Below are positions 37,963-45,350 of a stretch of 53,638 bases of DNA, piece by piece. The translations under genes were made by a program, and so were the position numbers. Source of the stretch: Bacteroidales bacterium (lineage in GTDB: Bacteria; Bacteroidota; Bacteroidia; Bacteroidales; UBA1556). Location: NCBI GenBank assembly GCA_023145955.1, contig JAGLDA010000004.1:1-53638 (forward strand), written 5' to 3'. The number at the start of each line of letters is the position of its first letter. Positions within the stretch are counted from its first letter, which is position 1. Under the pieces are notes generated by a model. It saw only the letters and a program-made list of their open reading frames with translations, did no database searches and was not told the origin of the DNA.

Positions 37963-38847
37963 TCAATTTCTTATGTCTAATCCCCAATTTAATTTCTCCC
38001 TAATAGTATCGAAAAAACTTCTACTACCAATCTGTACCATATTAACTGTAAAGTTACACTTTTTTACCACCAATTCTGTTGATGCCTTTATTGTTTCGAA
38101 CCTAGAATCTAAACCAACAAGAAAGGATTTTGATCGGCCTTGAATTTTAAGTTTTATAGTACTATTATCAGGAATAACAATTGGCCTTACTGTAAGGTTA
38201 TGAGGAGCAATAGGTGAAATAACAAAAACTCCAGCCCCAGGAGTAACAATTGGACCCCCTACTGATAATGAATACGCCGTAGAACCTGTTGGTGTAGATA
38301 TCAACAGTCCGTCAGACCAATATGAATTCAGAAACTGATCGTCAATATACACATGAACTACAATCATAGAAAGATGATCTTTCTTTTGAATAGCAAATTC
38401 ATTTAATGCAAAATTTAAGTCACCAAATAATTTACCATCTGTTTTTAGTGAAAGCAAAGTACGTTTATCTAGTATATAATTATTTTTCAGAACACTTGTA
38501 ATTGCCTTATCAACTTCATTTAACGAAACTGATGACAAAAAACCTAATCTACCCATATTAATTCCCAAAATAGGAATATTAGAATCTCGCACAACTTGTA
38601 TTGTATCGAGAATAGTGCCATCACCTCCCAAACTAAAAAAAGCATGTGGTTTCTTATCAAAATCATTAAGATTCTGATATTGTATAGGTTCCAACTTAAA
38701 ATGAACATTATTTTTAAGTAGCTTGTAAAAATCTTTATTTATAAATATATCACAATTAGATAGCTCTAGTCTATTGATTATAGATTGATAATTATCTTTA
38801 TAATTACTAAAATATTGTTTTGCAAAAAGCGCAATTCTCATTTTCAT
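37963..38847 (-). CDS. nadK: NAD kinase
   Basis: FSLGGDGTILD motif and STPTGSTAYSLSVGGPIV motif, 294 aa. Confidence 0.9.
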   Translation of the reverse strand: MKMRIALFAKQYFSNYKDNYQSIINRLELSNCDIFINKDFYKLLKNNVHFKLEPIQYQNLNDFDKKPHAFFSLGGDGTILDTIQVVRDSNIPILGINMGRLGFLSSVSLNEVDKAITSVLKNNYILDKRTLLSLKTDGKLFGDLNFALNEFAIQKKDHLSMIVVHVYIDDQFLNSYWSDGLLISTPTGSTAYSLSVGGPIVTPGAGVFVISPIAPHNLTVRPIVIPDNSTIKLKIQGRSKSFLVGLDSRFETIKASTELVVKKCNFTVNMVQIGSRSFFDTIREKLNWGLDIRN

Positions 38848-38857
38848 AAGTTCAAAT

Positions 38858-39935
38858 TTATTGCATTAAAAAGGCTTTAATAAAATTGTCAATATCACCA
38901 TCCAAAACAGCCTGCACATTGGAGGTTTCATATTTAGTTCTAGCATCCTTTACCTGCTTATAAGGATGCATAACGTATGATCGTATTTGAGAGCCCCATT
39001 CAATTTTCATTTTCCCATCCTCTACTTGTTGGCTTTCTTCTTGTTTCTTACGTAACTCATTTTCATAAAGTTTCGATTTAAGCATTTTAATTGCTTTCTC
39101 TCTATTTTTATGTTGAGAACGAGTTTCTTGACACTCTACTACAAACCCACTAGGCTCATGTCGAAGCCTTACTGCTGATTCGGTTTTATTTACATGTTGT
39201 CCGCCAGGGCCACCAGCTCTAAATGTATCCCAATCTAAATCTGCTGGATTAATTATTATTTCGATGCTATCATCAACTATTGGGTATACGTAAACAGAAG
39301 CAAAGGAGGTATGTCTTCGCGAAGCAGAATCAAAAGGAGAAATCCGCACTAACCTATGTACTCCATTTTCTGCTTTTAAAAATCCAAAAGCATTATCTCC
39401 AATAAACTCAATAGTAGCAGATTTTATACCTGCTGTTTCGCCATCCTGCTCTTCAATTACATTAACTTTATAGCCTTTTCTCTCTCCATATCTAATATAC
39501 ATCCTCATGAGCATTTGTGCCCAATCCTGACTTTCGGTGCCACCAGCTCCAGGATTTATCTGTAGCATTGCATTTAGCTTATCACTTTCTGCACCAAGCA
39601 TATTTAATAATTCAAGGTCTTCAATTTTATTTATAACCTCTATGTATTTTTGCTCAATCTCGGATTCCTCTATTTCTCCAATATCAAAAAATTCAAATAA
39701 TATTTCAAGCTCCTCATTGCTCTCGTTAGCTGTGTTCCAACTATTTATCCAGCGTTTTTTATCTTTTATTTTTTTTAATAAAAGCTCAGCCTTTTTAGGA
39801 TTATTCCAAAAATTAGGATCTTGAGTTTTCAGTTCCTCCTCTTCAATTTCCATCTGTTTTCTATCGAGGTCAAAGATACCCCCTCAAGGCGTCTAACCTT
39901 TCAATATTTTCTTTATGGTTCTCTTTTGTTATCAT
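38858..39935 (-). CDS. prfB: peptide chain release factor 2, requires programmed +1 frameshift at CTT TGA C (T at 39872 skipped)
   Basis: Frame 0 reads ATG (39935) MITKENHKENIERLDALRGYL then TGA (39872-39870). The +1 frame continues DLDRKQMEIEEE and joins ORF 38858..39853, which carries the GGQ motif (AGGPGGQHVNKTESAVR) and SPF. AGGGGGTATCTTTGAC is the same as the E. coli prfB shift site as I recall it. Confidence 0.9.
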
Positions 39936-39941
39936 CTTATA

Positions 39942-40409
39942 TTATTTATTTGTAACATTAATAAATCGCCAAATTAGCTTACTTTCAAAACCCCGCTGCA
40001 TAGCAAAATTTAGTAGTTTTTTCTTATTATTCATAGATTCAATTCCACCAATATTATTTGTTTTTATTCTACAAATATGGACTAAAGTATTATAATATTC
40101 CTGCTCATCTATTTCTTCTAAAGCAATATTTATACTGCTGGTATTAATACGCTTAGCTCTTAAAGCAGCAAATATCTTATTCTTACCCCATTTGTTATTA
40201 TAAAATTTACCCCTTGTAAAACTCTTTGCATACCTTAAATCATCCAAAAAATTATTCTCTCGTAAGTAGGCAAAAACATCATCATAAATATTGCTTGGAG
40301 CATCTATCTTATGTAGCTTCATTTCAACATCAATACTGCAGCGCTCTTGATAACCGCAATAGTGCTCCAACTTAGATATTATATCCTTAAATATTTGATT
40401 ATTGTCCAT
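39942..40409 (-). CDS. recX: RecX-family recombination regulator
   Basis: 155 aa. YCGYQERCSIDVEMKL is a RecX-type N-terminal repeat, followed by a three-repeat helical pattern. The ORF-track start at 40427 is TTG, so the ATG at 40409 is preferred. Confidence 0.65.
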   Translation of the reverse strand: MDNNQIFKDIISKLEHYCGYQERCSIDVEMKLHKIDAPSNIYDDVFAYLRENNFLDDLRYAKSFTRGKFYNNKWGKNKIFAALRAKRINTSSINIALEEIDEQEYYNTLVHICRIKTNNIGGIESMNNKKKLLNFAMQRGFESKLIWRFINVTNK

Positions 40410-40442
40410 TAATATATAAAACTTCAAATATTAAACTAAATA

Positions 40443-40450
40443 CAAATGTA
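40443..40450 (-). promoter_or_regulatory. candidate -7 box (TAcaTTTG on minus strand) for recX-prfB
   Basis: The plus strand reads caaatgta. It lies 34 nt upstream of the recX ATG. Confidence 0.3.
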
Positions 40451-40703
40451 TCATTAATTCGTGTTCATTTGAAATAATAGATTAAATATATATTTAGTAG
40501 ATACTCATAATAAATAATACCAATTATGATTCAAATCTGTTGATAAACAAATTGGAAAATATTTCTTGTATTCAAGGCAAAAAAATATTGCATAGCCAAA
40601 GCTACGGGAATAATTTTTAACGCATAATACGTGAAATATAAACAATTTATATCGGCAGGCTTGATTCAAGTTTGGTATAATGCCAAAAAGCATATTTTTT
40701 TTG

Positions 40704-40740
40704 CACAAAAAAAAGGCCGTTGATTATTCAACGGCCTTTA
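40704..40740 (-). terminator. rho-independent terminator after rng
   Basis: aaaggccgttga / tcaacggccttt 12-bp GC-rich stem with a 5-nt loop, followed on the minus strand by TTTTTTTT. Confidence 0.8.
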
Positions 40741-40762
40741 TAATAATTATAGTGTAATATAT

Positions 40763-42313
40763 TTATAGTTTTATTTCATCACCTTGTTTGTTATAAAAGT
40801 GATATTCTAAAAAATGGTATGAATTATCAGGGATTAGATTAACCCACTTTCTATATTCTTTAAACCATTTCCAACGGAAATTGAAGATTCCCATTTTGAA
40901 GTGTGCATAAATAAAAGGATGAAGTCTAATACTCAATGATTTCTCATTTTGTTCTTGCAATAAGAATCGAATATTATTCTCGATATCATCAGCAATAAGA
41001 ACCGCTGATTTTACCTCGCCAGAGCCATGACATACAGGACATTTTTCTTGAGTTTCTATTGTCATCTCAGGACGAACTCTCTGCCTAGTAATTTGAATAA
41101 GTCCAAATTTAGTAACAGGAAGAATAGTATGTTTGGCTTTATCACCTTTCATTTCTGCCTTAAGGAAATTATATAAGCTAGTACGATGTTCTTTTACAGT
41201 CATATCTATAAAATCAACAACAATAATTCCACCCATATCTCTCAAACGTAATTGACGTGCTATTTCTTTAGCCGAAATCATATTTACTTGGAGAGCTGCA
41301 TCCTCTTGATTTAGTTCTTTCTTGATACGATGACCGCTATTAACATCAATAACGTGCATTGCCTCAGTATGTTCTATAATCAAGTATGCTCCGGATTTCA
41401 TTGTAACTTTCTTTCCAAAAGAGCTTTTAATTTGTTTGTCTACGTTAAACTGTTCAAAAACAGGTTCTTTCCCTTTATGATACTTTACAAGATCAACTCT
41501 ATCGGGAGCGAATGTGGCAATGTATGTTCGAAGATCCTCAGCCATTTTTTCATCATCAACAACAATACTATTAAACGATTTATTCAATAAATCTCTTAGT
41601 ATTGTAGAAGTACGACTTAGTTCTCCATGAACTTTCTCTGGAGGAATTGCCGAATTAAGCTTCGATACAGTGTCATTCCATTTCTTTTCAAGATTATCGA
41701 TATCAGAAAGAAGGTCTGCAACCTTTTTCTCTCTAGCACTAGTACGAATAATAACACCAAAATTAACTGGCCTTATACTTTTCACCAAACGCTTAAGTCT
41801 ATTTCTTTCCTCAAAATCTTTAATCTTTTGAGAAACAGAAATACGGTTTGAGAAAGGTACTAAAACTACATATCTTCCAGCTAAAGCAATCTCACTAGTA
41901 ATACGAGGACCTTTAGAGCTAATAGGCTCTTTTGCCACTTGTACCAAAATTGTTTGATTTACTGATAGCACTTCTTGAATTTTTCCTGTTTTAACAATAT
42001 CTTCTTCAAATTTAAAGTCTTTCAACTTTACATTTTTACTATTAGAATTGTTACAGATTTTAACAAACTTATTCAAAGAACGAACCTTAGGACCCAAATC
42101 GTGGTAATGAAGAAAAGCATCTCTTTCATGGCCTACACCTACAAAAGCGGCATTAAGACCAGGAGTTATTTTCTTTACTTTCCCAAGGTATAAATCACCT
42201 ACACTATAATTATTATCAAGCTTTTCCTCATTAATTTCCATTAGCTGATCATCTTCCAATAATGCTATAGAAATTTTCTGGGGGCTTACATTGATAATTA
42301 AATCTTTGTTCAC
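40763..42313 (-). CDS. rng: Rne/Rng-family ribonuclease (RNase G-like)
   Basis: S1 domain VGDLYLGKVKKITPGLNAAFVGVG, VIDVNSG catalytic region, IVVDFIDM, CPVCHGSG Zn-link. GTG start at 42313. Confidence 0.85.
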   Translation of the reverse strand: MNKDLIINVSPQKISIALLEDDQLMEINEEKLDNNYSVGDLYLGKVKKITPGLNAAFVGVGHERDAFLHYHDLGPKVRSLNKFVKICNNSNSKNVKLKDFKFEEDIVKTGKIQEVLSVNQTILVQVAKEPISSKGPRITSEIALAGRYVVLVPFSNRISVSQKIKDFEERNRLKRLVKSIRPVNFGVIIRTSAREKKVADLLSDIDNLEKKWNDTVSKLNSAIPPEKVHGELSRTSTILRDLLNKSFNSIVVDDEKMAEDLRTYIATFAPDRVDLVKYHKGKEPVFEQFNVDKQIKSSFGKKVTMKSGAYLIIEHTEAMHVIDVNSGHRIKKELNQEDAALQVNMISAKEIARQLRLRDMGGIIVVDFIDMTVKEHRTSLYNFLKAEMKGDKAKHTILPVTKFGLIQITRQRVRPEMTIETQEKCPVCHGSGEVKSAVLIADDIENNIRFLLQEQNEKSLSIRLHPFIYAHFKMGIFNFRWKWFKEYRKWVNLIPDNSYHFLEYHFYNKQGDEIKL

Positions 42314-42520
42314 GGTAATTTTTATTAAATTAAAATTAATAGAGACGATCTCTACTTTCTAGTTGAGAAATCTGAAATTTAATTATCCGGAACAGAAGGA
42401 GTTTTTTTTTATTTTTTTAATTCCATCGCATTGAAAATCTGCTTTAGAATAGATAATAATAAGGCAAACTAATATACCCTATTTAACAGTTTCTATAAAA
42501 AACTATTTAGCTTAAAATAA

Positions 42521-42559
42521 AAACAATTACATACTTAAAAAGAAAGCATGTAATTGTTT
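42521..42559 (-). terminator. rho-independent terminator after the HU/bS22-like pair
   Basis: aaacaattacat / atgtaattgttt perfect 12-bp stem with a 15-nt loop, followed on the minus strand by TTATTTT. Confidence 0.55.
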
Positions 42560-42580
42560 ATTTATAAGATGTGTGAAGAA

Positions 42581-42670
42581 TTACTTCTTCTTATGACGAT
42601 TCTTTCGAAGTCTCTTCTTACGCTTATGCGTAGACATCTTATGTCTTTTTCTTTTTTTACCACTTGGCAT
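42581..42670 (-). CDS. 29-aa hyper-basic protein, bS22-like (AURKAIP1/COX24-type) small ribosomal protein; absent from ORF track
   Basis: The reverse complement reads ATG CCA AGT ... AAG TAA, translating to MPSGKKRKRHKMSTHKRKKRLRKNRHKKK. It lies 21 nt downstream of HU and 22 nt upstream of a terminator. Confidence 0.7.
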   Translation of the reverse strand: MPSGKKRKRHKMSTHKRKKRLRKNRHKKK

Positions 42671-42691
42671 AATTAAAAATATTATTTGTTA

Positions 42692-42973
42692 TTACAATTT
42701 TGACTTAACCTCATTCACGAAAGATTTAGCTGGCTTAAATGCAGGAATCTTATGAGCTGGAATCTTAATAGTAATATTCTTAGAAATATTTCTACCTGTC
42801 TTCTCTGCACGTTCTTTAATAATAAAAGAACCAAATCCACGCATATATACGTTTTCACCATTAATCATAGCACCTTTTACAGTATCCATAAAAGTCTCTA
42901 CAACTGATTGCACTGCAATCTTCTCAATACCAGTTTTATTAGCAATTTCTGCTACAATTTCTGCTTTTGTCAT
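42692..42973 (-). CDS. hup: HU-family DNA-binding protein
   Basis: 93 aa. MTKAEIVAEIANKTG, RGFGSF, and arm region RNISKNITIKIPAHKIPAFKPAK. Confidence 0.9.
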   Translation of the reverse strand: MTKAEIVAEIANKTGIEKIAVQSVVETFMDTVKGAMINGENVYMRGFGSFIIKERAEKTGRNISKNITIKIPAHKIPAFKPAKSFVNEVKSKL

Positions 42974-43039
42974 ATTTATTTATATTTATAATTGTTAATA
43001 AAATTCTTGTCAATAAATAACTTTAATTATTTAGGTCTG

Positions 43040-43070
43040 CAAAGATAATTATAATTTCGTTAGTATCAAG
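43040..43070 (-). promoter_or_regulatory. candidate promoter for HU (-7 TAtcTTTG, -33 CTTG on minus strand)
   Basis: The plus strand has caaagata at 43040-43047 and caag at 43067-43070, with a 19-nt spacer. Confidence 0.35.
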
Positions 43071-43182
43071 CTTTTTATAAAAATATTTATTGTTAATCCT
43101 CTCTAAATAAATTTATTAAATAAGTTATCTTTTTTTATTACATAAAAGACAACTTATTATAGCTAACAAAAACCACAACTAC

Positions 43183-45009
43183 CTACGCCTTAACTGGTAC
43201 CGGCTCTATTTTAAGTTTGGAAACCATATTAATCAATTCTTCTAACTGTTTGTTCTTATCTACTAATTGATCAATTATTTCTTGTCGTTTAGTTTCAAAA
43301 TCACTACTAACACCGTTGAAAAGATCATAATAATAATCAATTCCAGATTGTAGGTTAGTGACAAACGTATTCAGGTATTTCGCCTGACGCTTATTAAAAC
43401 CAACTTTGCTGTCACTTATTTTATTTCTCAAAAAATCAAGATATAAACCTAATTCCTTAACAAACATATTTGGTCTATCGGTACGAGTCATAATATTATG
43501 CTCGCCATAAATATGACCAATCATTTGCTTAAGTGATACAGTTTTAGAATAGTAGGCCATATTTGGACCTGGACATACAGATACACCATCACCCTCTATT
43601 TTAGTATCAAGATTATTAACCTTTAGAGTAGCAGTACTTAGTCCTACACAGATACATGATTTTTCCACAATCTTTTCGTACTTAATTTGATACTCATCAA
43701 TTGGAAGCTCTTGATCTACAAGCTTTTTTATAGCAAGTTTTTGATATCGTCTAGATGCTGTACAAATCGATTTTTCTGTAAAATCATTATTTAAAGCAAC
43801 GTATTTTTTAGGACAAGGGCTTCCTGGAGTTCCTTTAGCTATTCGTGCCATTTTTTCAACATCCTTTGTATTTCCTCTTAATGAATTAAAAGGCACTCCC
43901 AAAGGTGAAATATCACTCAAGTATAAATCTTCCTCTTTAGCACCTGCTAATCGCATTAATGTATCATCATCTATACTTGTTGCTTCTGGAACCATTAAGA
44001 ATGGAGTTCCCCAACCAACCGAATCAACATTATACTCATCTATAAGGAACTGATGTTCCTCAGATGTTCCAACACCGCCTTGAGCAGTTATTTTAAGATT
44101 AGGCACTTCCTTAGGAATAACTAATCCTTTAGCAACTAAGGTAGACATTAACGTACTTCCTACAGAAGCAATTAATTCATCACGCTTAATTTTAAATTCA
44201 TTAAGAACTGGACCTAATAGATATCCATCTGTAGCAAAGGCATGACCTCCACAATTAAGACCTGACTCTATTCGATATTCAGAAACCCAAATTCCTTTTT
44301 TAGCTAAATACTTACCTTGAATTAGTGCTGAACGATAATCGCTTACTTTTAATACAATTTTTTTCTTGATACGTCCGTACACATCAGGAAAAAAATCGCG
44401 GAAATTTTCCATATAATTAAATAAACGAGGATTCATTCCTGCTGACAAAATAATTGAAGACTCTAAATCACTTTCTGCATAACCACGTAATGCTGCATGT
44501 GCATCATTATATTCTACAGGAAGTTGCTCTCCATTTTTATAATTATCCTTATCAATTTTTGTCATTATATTAACATCAATACTGCCCATATTAACATTTT
44601 CTGACAACCAAGTTTTAAATTCTTCAAAATCAGTTTTTTTCTGATTAACAAAAGTATTAAACTCTTTTTTTACAGTGGAAGAATCTGGCAAATAACTGAA
44701 ATATTCTTTTATCTCATCAAGCTTATCACTTGCTCCGCTACGAAGTTCAGTAATTTTTTCTTCTGTAACCTTATTTATAAAGTTTAAATAAGATGTAATC
44801 CTTTTAGCACGAAAATCATCAATCTTATCAGAAATCTCCTGATAAGGGATTTTATATTTCGAACTATATACCTTACGTACTCGTTCAACGAGTATATCGT
44901 CAACTAAGGATAGTACTGAGTTTATGCCGAATTTAGAAACCTTCAGCGGCGAATCAATACTATACCCTATGCCCAACACAGGTATATGAAATGAATGTGT
45001 TTTTGACAT
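43183..45009 (-). CDS. uncharacterised 608-aa protein; central FMN-type TIM-barrel-like region plus Cys-rich C-terminal part
   Basis: ESGLNCGGHAF and ITAQGGVGTSEE..VDSVGWGTPFLMVPE resemble phosphate-binding motifs of NMO/GltS-FMN/IMPDH-type barrels. Cys cluster (SPCPKKY, SICTAS, SCICVG, VCPGPN). C-terminal coiled coil. No family name assignable by eye. Confidence 0.4.
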   Translation of the reverse strand: MSKTHSFHIPVLGIGYSIDSPLKVSKFGINSVLSLVDDILVERVRKVYSSKYKIPYQEISDKIDDFRAKRITSYLNFINKVTEEKITELRSGASDKLDEIKEYFSYLPDSSTVKKEFNTFVNQKKTDFEEFKTWLSENVNMGSIDVNIMTKIDKDNYKNGEQLPVEYNDAHAALRGYAESDLESSIILSAGMNPRLFNYMENFRDFFPDVYGRIKKKIVLKVSDYRSALIQGKYLAKKGIWVSEYRIESGLNCGGHAFATDGYLLGPVLNEFKIKRDELIASVGSTLMSTLVAKGLVIPKEVPNLKITAQGGVGTSEEHQFLIDEYNVDSVGWGTPFLMVPEATSIDDDTLMRLAGAKEEDLYLSDISPLGVPFNSLRGNTKDVEKMARIAKGTPGSPCPKKYVALNNDFTEKSICTASRRYQKLAIKKLVDQELPIDEYQIKYEKIVEKSCICVGLSTATLKVNNLDTKIEGDGVSVCPGPNMAYYSKTVSLKQMIGHIYGEHNIMTRTDRPNMFVKELGLYLDFLRNKISDSKVGFNKRQAKYLNTFVTNLQSGIDYYYDLFNGVSSDFETKRQEIIDQLVDKNKQLEELINMVSKLKIEPVPVKA

Positions 45010-45350
45010 ATTTTGTTTATTAAGTTATTAAATACCTACCATTTTTTTTCAATATATAAATTTATACTAAAGACAAAAAAAAACAATAGGTTTAGTCGGC
45101 AAATATATATGTATTATTGAAGTAAACAATATTTTTCTATTAATATGCTATCTATTTTTATAATAAGCCATTACGAAAGTTATAAAACTAACATATCGAA
45201 CAAATATTGTTATATAATTAAAGCAAAATTAGATATTATTTTTAATATACAAATAAATATATTCACAAAAAAGTAAAATATTTAAAAGTAATAGGCAACT
45301 TATTGCATCATTTATATATCTTTACAGCATAAATTAGAAACCAGAAGAAC

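Noticed and set aside
40505-40708. 67-aa ORF in the recX-rng spacer
   Set aside because: It has Cys/Phe/Leu-rich low-complexity composition typical of random AT-rich translation, and no promoter or start context. Its 5-prime end sits immediately beside the rng terminator region. I also found no conserved RNA motifs (RNase P, SRP, tmRNA signatures) in this 335-bp spacer.
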